Source: an uncultured Planctomycetota bacterium (GTDB lineage Bacteria; Planctomycetota; Brocadiia; CAIUPP01). Taken from it: a stretch of 64,000 nt of DNA. The notes under the pieces are model-generated. The model was not told where the DNA came from. It worked only from the letters and a program-made list of their open reading frames with translations, and ran no database searches. Positions 32,901-44,734 of the stretch are shown here, piece by piece. Position numbers and translations under genes: made by a program. The stretch spans positions 38,374-102,373 of the forward strand of contig CAIUPP010000061.1 of assembly GCA_903901045.1 (NCBI GenBank), read 5' to 3'. How positions within the stretch are numbered: the stretch's first letter is position 1; every line of letters begins with the position of its first letter.

Positions 32901-34823
32901 AAAGCCGCGCCGGGCATGGCCGCTCGGGCCGGACGCGCGGCGACCGGCCGCCTCCTCGCCGGGATGCTCAAGCTGGCGCTGCCCAAGCCAACCGCGGAAA
33001 CGGGCGCGCCCGCCGCACCGGGCGCTCCGCCCAGGCCCCCCAACGCGGGCCGTCCCCCGGAGCGGCCGATGCCGCCGAGTATGCCGGGGATGCCGGGACA
33101 GACCGCGACCCAGTCCAAGCCGCTGATTGCGCAGTTGTTGGATGCGCTCGCCAGGGTGGGCGCGCCCGCGGAGGCCCGGGGGTTGATCGAGGAAGCGAGC
33201 AAGGAGGCCGACCCCTCCGTGCGCATGGCCGCCTATCGCGCCCTGGCGGTCCCGGCGGGCGGCGGGAACCTCCTGCGCGGCGTCGGCAAGTTGGTCCATA
33301 TCTCCGGCCCCTCCGCCGCTCCGGCCGGCGCCGGAGTGGCGGTGATGCTGAAGGATGCCGATGCCTCCGTGCGCGTCTCCGCCGTCCGCATGCTGGGCAG
33401 TATCGCCACCCCCTCCGCGCTCGAAGCGCTGCAGGCGGCCGCCAAAGACCCCGACGCCGAGGTGCGCCTGGCCGCGGTGCAGGCGGCGGGCCGTCTCTCC
33501 GGCGCCTCCCCCTCGCTGAAAGAAGTCCTGTCGGCGGGACTGGCCGACGCCGACCCGCGCGTCGTCGCCGCCACCGCGGAAGCCGCCATCAAGAGAAATG
33601 AGACGTCGCTCGGGCAGGCCGTGGTCGCCGCATTGAACCGGCCGCCGCCCCAGGAGGTGAAGACGGAAGGCCAGCAGGAGGCGAAAGAGGACGTTGGCGG
33701 GCAGGCGCAGGCGCTGATCGTCCTGACGCGCGCCGCGGCGCAGTTCAAGGCCCCCGGGGCGACCGGCGCGCTCGTGTTGCTGCTGGCGCACAAGCAGCCG
33801 GAAGTGAAAGTCGCCGCCGCGACGGCGCTGGGCGAACTGCGCGATGCCGCCACGGTCCCCTCGCTCGTGAGCGCCTCCCGCAGCACCGAGGCCTCCGTCG
33901 CGTCCGCCGCGGTGATCGCGCTGACCCGCTTCGATTCCCCCGACGCCGTCCAGGCGATCCTGGCTTCCCTGAAGCAGGAGACGCTGCCGGAAGAGGCGCG
34001 CCGCGCCGTGTTGATGCGCGTCGTTGCCGCCGCCGGCAAGCCCGGCCCCTTCGCCGACTGGGTCGCCTCCGGCCAGGCCGGACCGGCCGATCTGACCGCC
34101 TTCGCCCTGATCGCCCCCGGCGCGCCCGAGGCCTTGCAGCCGGGGCTCATCGCCATCGGCAAGCGGTACCTGCAGGACACGCGCCCCGACGTGCGCCGCG
34201 CCGCCGCCGGCATCCTCGGCCGCTTCAGCGCCGACCCCGCCGTGCGCGCCGCCATCCTGGCCGCGCTCGATCAGGACGCCTCCGGCGTGGCGGGCCCCGC
34301 GGCGGATCTGCTCCGCCAGAACAAGGACCCCGCGCTGCTGATGAACCAGACGCTGCGCCTCTACAAGCAACTGGTCGAAGCCGTCACCCCTGCCACCGGG
34401 ACCGCGCCCGCCGCGCGCGTCTCGGGTCTGGCCAAGGCCTCGCCGGAGGAGAACATGGCGCTTCGGCAGGCGATTATCGATTCGGTCTTCAACTGCCAGA
34501 GCGGCGAGGAGGCGGCGCGCACGCTGCGCAATATCCTGGCGATGGATTCCAGCGAGGTGATGCGCCGCCGGATCATCGACGCCCTGGCGCGCACCGAAAG
34601 CCCCGTGGCGGTGGGCTACGTGGCGGAATTGGCGACGCGCAGCGGCTCCGCCGTGGCGCCGTACGCGGTCGAGGCCCTTGCGCGCATCGGGCCGCTGAAC
34701 CGCGGCGTGGCCGAGGAGGCGCTCCTGCTTCTTTCCAAGGGCGTGGCCGCCGACCCGGAACTTGCCGCCTCCGCCCAGGATGTGCTGGATGCCCTCACGG
34801 AGAAGCCGCAGCCGGCGGGTTAA
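29910..34823 (+). CDS. giant (1637 aa) membrane-anchored HEAT/PBS-lyase-repeat protein with two N-terminal zinc ribbons
   Basis: The ATG is preceded by GGGAGTGGG. Two zinc ribbons (CACGKSF...CTACGA and CPKCGAA...CIECGAS), one TM helix (MLVIGIAGCGLLLVGGLVFGVAYLL), then ~1000 aa of HEAT-like repeats (ALAEVGDDSVVPSLGAMLQDPAPSIRIEAAGALARLG...). Confidence 0.8.
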   Translation: MSIRFKCACGKSFKVDDKFAGKRTKCTACGASIQIPTAAAPAPTPPAPPQAEPPPVEPPPPEPASRKGMELSLEIEPPAPKAARPALADEFPLAAGQPPPPAEPAPAPSLLSETHAVQEPSAGGEDIPLAAPEQAPEQHKKCPKCGAAAEPSAAICIECGASFLPAAPAAAAKQRGVAGFFRKNMLVIGIAGCGLLLVGGLVFGVAYLLKSRRPKPPPAAAARPPAPVTTTTLAPAPSPETKAAAPAPPKVEWNGFKDPRLIARDRLAAAGGLLLAALQKSGKPPAALGDIGLPAELHTGLSYVGPEVAALAWFRPLLFESVENSGKRYVFFSDGLTRLLSAAEWRAALPAQSAQGYLTPADQDLLAATAPRVRVSNARYARLEVSLDGAKVASLARGESRSLNLAEGEHQLKLSIPDGPSETLPLSAARGLNISYSLPLHADTFYIAARAYRAILTQQGNASGYTAEKEGNTIVALKGPSERVIFTTPGARSALSPDLRSLEARIERDFGTLEGLDGKALRMDELSRLEEGVVKFKGGSVATYRRSALGTLAVQVAPNLTAARLAQGAPRSGTEKTAPGMRPAMPPRAAPPSAMPPGMGRQAAAQADIELKYPAAAFATTPDLSAISAIFHSAGAAQAILDRERDSQKRAAGPEGARGAPPNAGIPPPMRAPAAAPAAGMPGAGAIQSPDLFALSDAQEELARAPSDEALFAGLVIYGGPESVATMLPLAEKLQASAAGYNEMLLALARCGKGATLAQLAAAGQNSPVGAVIALSLIDDDAARNACGKIMADWSASRVQEAVSAWPLIAAPSARRNFILALDAAKPALLEDPSVLNALMKLDPYVLDLVLARKLPEAQKPAEPAKTPEGTAGAAAQPAPARAAAAPQDSSQGSASRTDSATPLSWRLLAHRQNAQAVARFVALLTGADATAKQQAIAALAEVGDDSVVPSLGAMLQDPAPSIRIEAAGALARLGSADAVALLTDRMTAELLSEEIVKAAPGMAARAGRAATGRLLAGMLKLALPKPTAETGAPAAPGAPPRPPNAGRPPERPMPPSMPGMPGQTATQSKPLIAQLLDALARVGAPAEARGLIEEASKEADPSVRMAAYRALAVPAGGGNLLRGVGKLVHISGPSAAPAGAGVAVMLKDADASVRVSAVRMLGSIATPSALEALQAAAKDPDAEVRLAAVQAAGRLSGASPSLKEVLSAGLADADPRVVAATAEAAIKRNETSLGQAVVAALNRPPPQEVKTEGQQEAKEDVGGQAQALIVLTRAAAQFKAPGATGALVLLLAHKQPEVKVAAATALGELRDAATVPSLVSASRSTEASVASAAVIALTRFDSPDAVQAILASLKQETLPEEARRAVLMRVVAAAGKPGPFADWVASGQAGPADLTAFALIAPGAPEALQPGLIAIGKRYLQDTRPDVRRAAAGILGRFSADPAVRAAILAALDQDASGVAGPAADLLRQNKDPALLMNQTLRLYKQLVEAVTPATGTAPAARVSGLAKASPEENMALRQAIIDSVFNCQSGEEAARTLRNILAMDSSEVMRRRIIDALARTESPVAVGYVAELATRSGSAVAPYAVEALARIGPLNRGVAEEALLLLSKGVAADPELAASAQDVLDALTEKPQPAG

Positions 34824-34867
34824 GTGCGCGCCGCGCCGGGCATTAGTCGATCGGGCCTCCACCTTCA

Positions 34868-34888
34868 GGGGCAAGGCATGCCTTGCCC
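34868..34888. repeat. family-1 REP-like palindrome copy
   Basis: GGGGCAAGGCATGCCTTGCCC. Confidence 0.8.
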
Positions 34889-34929
34889 TCTGACGACGCC
34901 GGGGTGTTTCTCTGCGAGAGGGAGAGCGG

Positions 34930-35535
34930 ATGCGCCCGGAGGATCATCTGTTCATGGCGCGCACTCATCTGCGGGAGATTTCCCCCGCCGCGCCGCCGCC
35001 GGATTGCCTCCTGCGGACTTATCGCCCCGGCGACGAAATCCCATGGCTCGCCCTCGTCCGCGCCGTCTACGGCGGGAAGTGGGGGGAGGATACCTTCGAG
35101 CGCTGCGTGCGCGCCGATGAGGCCTTCCGCCCCGAACGGCTTTTCCTGGCCGAGTCGGCCGGCCGTCTCGTGGGGACTGCCGGCGCTTTCCAGAAGCTGG
35201 CCTACGGCGATCAGACCGGCTACGTGCACATGCTCGCGGTGGAGGCGGAGAGCCAGGGGAAGGGGATCGGCTCGGCGCTGCTCGCGCGATGTCTGGAGTA
35301 CTTCCGAGACATGGGCTGGCGCAACGCCGTGCTGGATACCGACCGCCATCGCCTCCCCGCCATCCGCCTCTACCTGCGCAGCGGCTTCCTCCCCCTCCCC
35401 GAAACGCTCGACGAGCTGGAGGAATGGCGTCGCATTCTCCCGGCGCTGGGATACGCCGGAATGGCCGAACGGCTCAGGCAGGGGGTGGTGGCAGAAGGAT
35501 CGCGCGGGGCGAACGACGGCAAGTCCGCGGTATGA
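34930..35535 (+). CDS. GNAT family N-acetyltransferase
   Basis: Acetyl-CoA binding motif MLAVEAESQGKGIGSALL. 201 aa. Confidence 0.8.
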   Translation: MRPEDHLFMARTHLREISPAAPPPDCLLRTYRPGDEIPWLALVRAVYGGKWGEDTFERCVRADEAFRPERLFLAESAGRLVGTAGAFQKLAYGDQTGYVHMLAVEAESQGKGIGSALLARCLEYFRDMGWRNAVLDTDRHRLPAIRLYLRSGFLPLPETLDELEEWRRILPALGYAGMAERLRQGVVAEGSRGANDGKSAV

Positions 35536-35595
35536 GACGGACCACGGCGATTGCTGAACACGGATTATGCTCTGTAGAAAGAAACCCTTCTGTGA

Positions 35596-35775
35596 ACCCC
35601 CGCAGGGGGTGACGGACTTTAGCCCACGGCGAGCGAAGCGAGTCGTGGGGAACCGATCTGTTCTTGGTGTCAAGAGCCCCCGAAGGGGGCGACGGACTTG
35701 TGGCGGAACGTTCCGTCGCCCCCTCCGGGGGCTCACGGGTCGTGCATGACTCCTCCCCACGACTCGCTTCGCTCG
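35596..35775. repeat. ~180-bp structured element with nested inverted repeats (MITE- or ncRNA-like)
   Basis: Outer arms AGCCCACGGCGAGCGAAGCGAGTCGTGGGG (35621) and CCCCACGACTCGCTTCGCTCGCCGTGGGCT (35746). Inner arms CCCCCGAAGGGGGCGACGG and CCGTCGCCCCCTCCGGGGG. Confidence 0.6.
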
Positions 35776-35935
35776 CCGTGGGCTAGAGTCCGACGGCCGC
35801 TTCGCGGCCTAACAAGCAGAATGGGATGGTTTCTCCGGAGCATGCGGATTACGCGGTGCGCCCTGCGCACCTGTGAATTACGATTAGCAGGTTGGCCGAC
35901 CCCTCCAATGCAGCTCGTACCGCGGCGTCGTTCAC

Positions 35936-36846
35936 TTCGCAAATCGCCATTCGCAATTCGCTATTCGCCAATCATCCGTTCCGCAATTCATCCGCTAACC
36001 GCGGCAAGAAATATCCCCGCGCTGACGGCGACGTTCAGCGACTCCCCGGCCCCGCGGCTGGGGATCGTGTACCGCGCATCGGCCAGCGCCTGCAACTCCG
36101 GGGCGATCCCGTGCGCCTCGCTGCCCAGCAGCAGCGCCGCGCGGCTCGAACGCGCCCAGGCGCTCCACTCCGTCGCGCCGTCCATCGTCCCCGCGCCCAG
36201 CGCAAACCCCTGCCCCTTCAGCCGCGCCAGCGCCTCGGCCAGCGGCACGTCGCGGCAGACCGGCAGATGGAACATCCCGCCCATCGTCGCGCGCACCGTC
36301 TTGGGGTTGAGCAGGTCGGCGCTGCCGCGCCCCAGCAGCACGGCATCCACCCCGAACCACGCCGCCGTGCGGATCACCGTGCCCACATTCCCCGGGTCGC
36401 TCACGCTGTCCAGCGCCAGCGCCACCGCGCGCGGCCCGAACTTCAGGTCCGCCCAGCGCCGCTCCTGCCAGCGCGCCGCCGCCAGCAATCCCTGGCTGTG
36501 CACGGTGTCGCTGATTTTGTCGAACTCGAATTCGGCCGTCTCCAGGATGGGAATTTTCCGCTCCTCGAACTCCGCCGCCACGCGCCGCGCCGCGGAGTCC
36601 GCGAATTCGGAGAGCAGCAAAAACTCCACCGGCGCGCCGGAGTCCAGAAGCTCCTCGCACAGCCGCGCCCCCTCCACGGCGAAGAGTCCGCTCTCCTCGC
36701 GTCCCTTGCGGCTCCCCAGCCCGCGCGCCACCGCCAGTTGTCTCTTGGATGCTTTCATGCCCCTGAATATGACAGACGCGGCGCGGGACGTCAAGAACGA
36801 ATGATTTGCGAATTGCGATTACCGATTAGCGATTGGCGATTGGGAC
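35936..36846. repeat. heptamer inverted-repeat pair (AATCGCN/ATTCGCN units) bracketing the TrmH/SpoU methyltransferase gene
   Basis: Left arm AAATCGCCATTCGCAATTCGCTATTCGCCAATCATCCG. Right arm ATGATTTGCGAATTGCGATTACCGATTAGCGATTGGCGATTGGGACGG. Confidence 0.6.
35988..36758 (-). CDS. TrmH/SpoU-family RNA 2'-O-methyltransferase (RlmB-like)
   Basis: SpoU motifs (LDSVSDPGNVGTVIRTAAWFG, TIPSRGAGESLNVAVSAGIFL). ATG at ~36758. Confidence 0.85.
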   Translation of the reverse strand: MKASKRQLAVARGLGSRKGREESGLFAVEGARLCEELLDSGAPVEFLLLSEFADSAARRVAAEFEERKIPILETAEFEFDKISDTVHSQGLLAAARWQERRWADLKFGPRAVALALDSVSDPGNVGTVIRTAAWFGVDAVLLGRGSADLLNPKTVRATMGGMFHLPVCRDVPLAEALARLKGQGFALGAGTMDGATEWSAWARSSRAALLLGSEAHGIAPELQALADARYTIPSRGAGESLNVAVSAGIFLAAVSG

Positions 36847-37036
36847 GGCGCTGGCCCGTCGGGGAGGCACCACGAGGGCGCTTGGCTGCGACAACGGTTC
36901 CGTCCCCTGTTTCCTTCATCCTTCGTCATGGGGGCTTCGTGATTTTCCGCCCCTCCCTCCCTTGACAGGCGATATTTATATGATATCATTCTGAAAGCGC
37001 AGGGCGGGTGATCTCTCAGGGGAAAGGAATCGTCAA

Positions 37037-37936
37037 ATGGAAGAGCGCGAAACGACGGCGACGAGTGGTTGGCTGATGCTGCCGGTGATGAGCTGCCTGA
37101 TTCTGGGGGTGCCGCTGCTGATCGGCGCGGCGGTGGAATTCAAGTCGGCGTGGCTCTTGTTGGCCATCGTGGCGCTGGGGCTCTTCGATCTGCTCATGCT
37201 CGCCGGGTTCTTCATCCTGCAGCCGGGGGAGGCGCGCGTCCTGGTCCTGTTCGGGAAATATGTCGGCTCCGTCAAGACCAGCGGCTTCTTCTGGGCGAAC
37301 CCATTCAGCGTGCAGCACGGCGTCATGAGCTCCATGGACCTGAGCATTTCCGTCCGCGCGCGGAACTTCGAGACTTCGGCGCTCAAGGTGAACGACCAGC
37401 GGGGCAACCCGATCGAGATCGGCGCGGTGGTGGTCTGGCGCGTCCAAGATACCGCGAAGGCGCTTTTCGACATCGAGTCGTACCAGCAGTACGTCAAAAT
37501 CCAGAGCGAGACGGCCGTCCGCCACCTCGCGCAGAGCTACCCGTACGATCACATGGATAACGCGGCGCAGACGCAGGTCACCCTGCGCGGGAACAGCGAC
37601 GAGATCAGCCACGCCCTGGAGGGGGAACTGCGCGAGCGGCTTTCCCGCGCGGGGGTGCTGGTCGAGGAGGCGCGGCTGACGCACCTGGCGTACAGCCCGG
37701 AGATCGCCGGGGTGATGCTGCGCCGCCAGCAGGCGGAGGCCATCGTCGCCGCGCGGCAGAAGATCGTCCAGGGCGCGGTGAGCATGGTCGAGATGGCGCT
37801 GACGGAGCTCTCCACGCGCAAGGTGATCGAGCTGGACGAGGAGCGCAAAGCGGCGATGGTCGGCAACCTGCTGGTCGTCCTGTGCGGCATGACCGAGGCG
37901 GAGCCGGTGATCAACGCGGGGACGCTATACCATTAA
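37037..37936 (+). CDS. SPFH/band-7 domain membrane protein
   Basis: N-terminal TM region plus band-7 domain (stomatin/prohibitin-like). Confidence 0.8.
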   Translation: MEERETTATSGWLMLPVMSCLILGVPLLIGAAVEFKSAWLLLAIVALGLFDLLMLAGFFILQPGEARVLVLFGKYVGSVKTSGFFWANPFSVQHGVMSSMDLSISVRARNFETSALKVNDQRGNPIEIGAVVVWRVQDTAKALFDIESYQQYVKIQSETAVRHLAQSYPYDHMDNAAQTQVTLRGNSDEISHALEGELRERLSRAGVLVEEARLTHLAYSPEIAGVMLRRQQAEAIVAARQKIVQGAVSMVEMALTELSTRKVIELDEERKAAMVGNLLVVLCGMTEAEPVINAGTLYH

Positions 37937-38011
37937 TCGACGCCCCGGGCTCACCGCGGAGACACGGAGAAAGGCAGTTCAGGGTGACGGCAGCGGAACA
38001 ACGGCAAACAA

Positions 38012-38206
38012 ATGGGTGAGAAGAAAAGTTTCCTTCTGCGCATAGACGCCGGGCTCTGGGATGAACTCCAATCCTGGGCCGACGACGAACTGCGCAGCGT
38101 CAACGGGCAAATCGAATACCTCCTGCGCGAGACGGTGCGGGCGCGGCGCAGCCAGCGCGCAGATAAGCGTAACCCGCAGGGGGCAGCGCGCCGTCCTGTT
38201 CTGTAG
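38012..38206 (+). CDS. Arc-type ribbon-helix-helix DNA-binding protein (putative)
   Basis: FLLRIDAGLWDELQSWADDELRSVNGQIEYLLRE resembles the Arc/RHH beta-alpha-alpha unit with the RSxNxEI motif. Confidence 0.45.
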   Translation: MGEKKSFLLRIDAGLWDELQSWADDELRSVNGQIEYLLRETVRARRSQRADKRNPQGAARRPVL

Positions 38207-38226
38207 GGGCAAGGCATGCCTTGCCC
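38206..38226. repeat. family-1 REP-like palindrome copy
   Basis: GGGGCAAGGCATGCCTTGCCC immediately after the RHH gene stop. Confidence 0.8.
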
Positions 38227-38336
38227 TCCAGCCCGCATAGCGCTCGGCGCCCTCGCCCAGCATTGCACCCCTCCTCCGCCAATTGCTAAGATACGGCATT
38301 GCGCGATATTCCGTTGTTTCTTCCCGGAGCCCAGGA

Positions 38337-39629
38337 ATGGCAGCCAAAGGCATTGGTTACAAAGAACACGCGTTGACACAGGAGGAGGTGCGCCAGCTTT
38401 TCGCCCAAGCGGTCAAGGCCGCCGGCCTGCGCGGCAAGAAGCTCCTCTGCATCATCCCGGACAGCACCCGCACCTGCCCGCTCCCGTTCCTCTTCCGCAC
38501 GATGTGCGAGACGGCCGGCGCGGAGGCGTCGAAGCTGGATTTCCTCATCGCGCTGGGCACCCACCCGCCCATGAACGACGAGGCGATCAACGCGCTGCTC
38601 GGCCTCACCCCCGAGGAACGCCGCGGAAAATACGCCAAGGTGGGCATCTTCAACCACCGCTGGGACAAGCCCGACGAGTTGAAGCACGTCGGCACGCTGG
38701 AGGCGGATGAGGTGGAGGAGATCTCGCGCGGCCTGCTGCGCGAGGCGGTGCGCGTCGAGGTGAACCGCCGTTTGGACGACTACGACCATGTCTGCATCAT
38801 CGGCCCGACTTTCCCGCATGAGGTGGTCGGCTTCAGCGGCGGGAACAAGTACTTCTTCCCCGGCGTCAGCGGCCCGGAGGTGCTCAATTTTTTCCACTGG
38901 CTCGGAGCGATGCTGACGATCCCCGTGATCATCGGCACGAAGATGACCCCCGTGCGCCAGGTGGTGGACCGCGCGGCGGCGTTCATCAAGAAGCCGAAGC
39001 TCTGCTTCAGCCTGGTGATCCACCACGGCGAGGTGTACGGGCTGTACACCGGAACGCCCGAGGAGGCGTACGAAAAGGCGGCGGAGCTCTCCCGCGAGCT
39101 GCACATCTGCTACGTCCCGAAACCGTTCAAGCGCGTCCTCTCCTGCGCCCCCAAAATGTATGACGACGTCTGGACCGCCGGCAAGTGCATGTACAAGCTG
39201 GAGCCGGCGCTGGCCGACGGCGCCGACCTCATCATCTACGCGCCGCACATCACGGAAATTTCCTACACGCACGGCAAGGCGCTCGACGCCGTGGGGTACC
39301 ACGTGCGCGATTACTTCCGCACGCGCATGGAGCAGTTCGCGCACATCCCGCGCGGCGTGCTGGCGCACTCGACGCACGTGAAGGGGATCGGCACGTTCAT
39401 CAACGGCGTGGAGAAGCCGCGCGTGAACGTGATCCTGGCGACGCGGATTCCCAAGGAACGCTGCCGCAAGGTGAACCTGGGCTACATGGACCCCGACCAG
39501 ATTCGCGTGGAGGAATTCGCCGGGCGCGAGGAGGAGGGGATTGCGCATATCCCCAAGGCCGGCGAGATGTTATATCGCCTGACCGACGGCTCGGTGCCGC
39601 GCATTCCCGGGGACAAGGACCTGGTGTGA
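38337..39629 (+). CDS. LarA-like (DUF2088, nickel-dependent lactate racemase family) protein
   Basis: ~430 aa. Assignment to the DUF2088/LarA fold is by overall similarity to family members as remembered. No family-defining motif could be verified here. Confidence 0.5.
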   Translation: MAAKGIGYKEHALTQEEVRQLFAQAVKAAGLRGKKLLCIIPDSTRTCPLPFLFRTMCETAGAEASKLDFLIALGTHPPMNDEAINALLGLTPEERRGKYAKVGIFNHRWDKPDELKHVGTLEADEVEEISRGLLREAVRVEVNRRLDDYDHVCIIGPTFPHEVVGFSGGNKYFFPGVSGPEVLNFFHWLGAMLTIPVIIGTKMTPVRQVVDRAAAFIKKPKLCFSLVIHHGEVYGLYTGTPEEAYEKAAELSRELHICYVPKPFKRVLSCAPKMYDDVWTAGKCMYKLEPALADGADLIIYAPHITEISYTHGKALDAVGYHVRDYFRTRMEQFAHIPRGVLAHSTHVKGIGTFINGVEKPRVNVILATRIPKERCRKVNLGYMDPDQIRVEEFAGREEEGIAHIPKAGEMLYRLTDGSVPRIPGDKDLV

Positions 39630-39852
39630 GCGCTCCGGTGTGGCACAGCCGCTCTCGGCTGTGCTGATACGAGCGAGACCCCCGCACCGCCGAGGGCGGC
39701 TGTGCCACAGGTCAATGTGGCCGGCGGAGGACCGCGGTTCGGAAGATTTACTGGACGCGCCTGCGCAAACATCTTAGAATCGAACATACGGATGTTTCTC
39801 CGGTAACGACGCAAGGGGTGGTGCCTGCCGGCTTCTCTGACCAGGAGGCCCG

Positions 39853-40275
39853 ATGCATTCGCTTGCCTTTATGCCCCGTCGCGCGAGCGCGTTCACGCTG
39901 ATTGAGCTGATGATCGTCGTGATCATCGTGGCGATTCTGGCGACCATTCAGCTCCCCATGTACCACGCCAACGTCGTGGCCGCGCGCATGAGCGAGGGGA
40001 TTTCCGGCGTCGGCACCATCCGCACCGCGATGCGCGTCTACACCGCATCGCACGGCGGGAACTACCCCACCTTCAACCACGTGGACGCCTCGTCCCTGAG
40101 CGCCATCGGCATCATGCCCACCGACCTGAACGGCAAGTTCTTCCAGTCCGGCAACTACATCGTCGACTCCACCGCCACGACGTACACCATCCAGGCCACC
40201 CTGCTCCCCTCCGGCGAAACCTACATCATCAACCAGGATGGCGTCGAAAGCGGGACGTACCAGACGGGGCAGTGA
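39853..40275 (+). CDS. type IV pilin / pseudopilin with prepilin N-terminal methylation motif
   Basis: RRASAFTLIELMIVVIIVAILATI is the class-III signal G/F-T-L-I-E. Confidence 0.75.
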   Translation: MHSLAFMPRRASAFTLIELMIVVIIVAILATIQLPMYHANVVAARMSEGISGVGTIRTAMRVYTASHGGNYPTFNHVDASSLSAIGIMPTDLNGKFFQSGNYIVDSTATTYTIQATLLPSGETYIINQDGVESGTYQTGQ

Positions 40276-40404
40276 AATAGGCCACTCGGAGTGCGAGCCG
40301 TGTGTGGCGCGGACTATCCAGTCCGCGTCGCGGGCGGAACGCCCGCGGTGCCGTTACTGGGGAGCAGTATGCTGCGCCCTGGTCGGGAAGGGCGATCGCC
40401 CAGG

Positions 40405-40426
40405 GGGCAAGGCATGCCTTGCCCCT
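40405..40426. repeat. family-1 REP-like palindrome copy (perfect)
   Basis: GGGGCAAGGCATGCCTTGCCCC between the pilin gene and the gyrB stop. Confidence 0.85.
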
Positions 40427-40451
40427 ACACTTCCGCAATGCCCCCCTCGGG

Positions 40452-43334
<2,883 letters not shown>

Positions 43335-43338
<4 letters not shown>

Positions 43339-44435
43339 TCCTGCACGATCGGCATGAGGAGATAGAGATAATCGGCCCCGGCGCGCATCACGGCCGCGCG
43401 CGCGGCGTCTTTCATCTCGAAGCGGATGGTGTCGCGGCCCATGGCCTTCACCCCGTCCAGAAGGAAATCGGGGTTGAAGCGTATTTCGATGGGAGCGCCT
43501 TCATACTTCGCTTCGATCTCCACGCGCGCCTCGCCGCGCTCGGGGTCGCTGGATTCCACCACCAACTTGCTGCCGCTGAGCTTCAGCCAGACCGCGGCGC
43601 TCTCGCCGGCCGTCAGCGCCGCCGCCTGCCGCACCGCGTTCCCCAACTCCTCGGCGGAGATTTCCAGCCGCTTGTCGCAATCTTCCGGGATGACCTCCTT
43701 GTACGCCGGGAAGCGTCCTTCCACGAGTTGCGCGACCAGCACGCCGTTCTCCGTGCGCATCATCACCTGCCGCTCATGGATGGCTATCTTCACGACTTCT
43801 TCATCGCCGATCATCTTCTGCAACTGTTGCAGCGCTTTGACCGCGATGATGGCGGAGTTGCTGCTGGGGGCGGGCGCATTGGCCTTGCGGCGGATGACGG
43901 CCAGCCGGTGTCCATCTGTCCCGATCATTTCGATCTTCGCCGTCTTCTCCTTGGTCACCAGAAGCACGCCGTTCAGCGCATACCTCTGCTTCTCGGAGGA
44001 AACTGCAAAGACCGTCTTTTCGATCATTTCGCGGAGAACGGCCCCCTCGATTTCAAGGCAGGCTTCATCCGGGAAGTCCGGTATCTCCGGGAACTCCTCT
44101 TCAGAGACCCCCACGACATGAAACTTGCTTCCTTTTCCTTCCACATGAAGCGCGCTGTTTGCGACGCTCAGGGAAAGTCTTTCATCGCGGCTCTCGTTGA
44201 CGATCCCGCCAAGAGGATCCGCCGGGATGACGATGCCACCTGGTTTGGAGACTTGAACATCGCGAACGAAGAACTTGAGCCCCACCTCAAGGTCTGTCGC
44301 TGAGATTTCCAATTTATCTCTAAGCGCCTTGATGTGGATGTCTTTGAGAATCGGCTTGATGTTGCGAGGATCCACAACTCCCGAGACAACTCGCAAAGCT
44401 TCGCGAAGCTGTGTGCGTGAGCAAGAGACGTTCAT
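43335..44435 (-). CDS. dnaN: DNA polymerase III beta sliding clamp
   Basis: 366 aa three-domain clamp, adjacent to dnaA and oriC. Confidence 0.9.
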
Positions 44436-44734
44436 CGCGGACCCTCCGAAACTAGATGGTTAATGGAGTGTAATTCTAACATAATCATCTTCATCCATCA
44501 AGGTCGACAATATGTGGAGCACAACAAACTCCGTGTTTCTATCATTCTAACACATAACGAGTTACGTAATAAAGTACGATGTGGATAACCGTTGAATTAG
44601 TGTGGATAACTTTATTGAAGATATGTGCGCAACCCCACAATCCAACCGCATCAGAATTGATGCTGTTAAGTGATGGCAGGATGCACTCATATTATCCACA
44701 GAAACTTTCCCCTTCTGCACAGATTCTTAACGCC
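44436..44734. other. chromosomal replication origin (oriC) between dnaA and dnaN: AT-rich DUE plus DnaA boxes
   Basis: Perfect DnaA boxes TGTGGATAA at ~44584 and ~44613, and TTATCCACA at ~44691. The segment is strongly AT-rich in a 68% GC genome. Confidence 0.75.
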
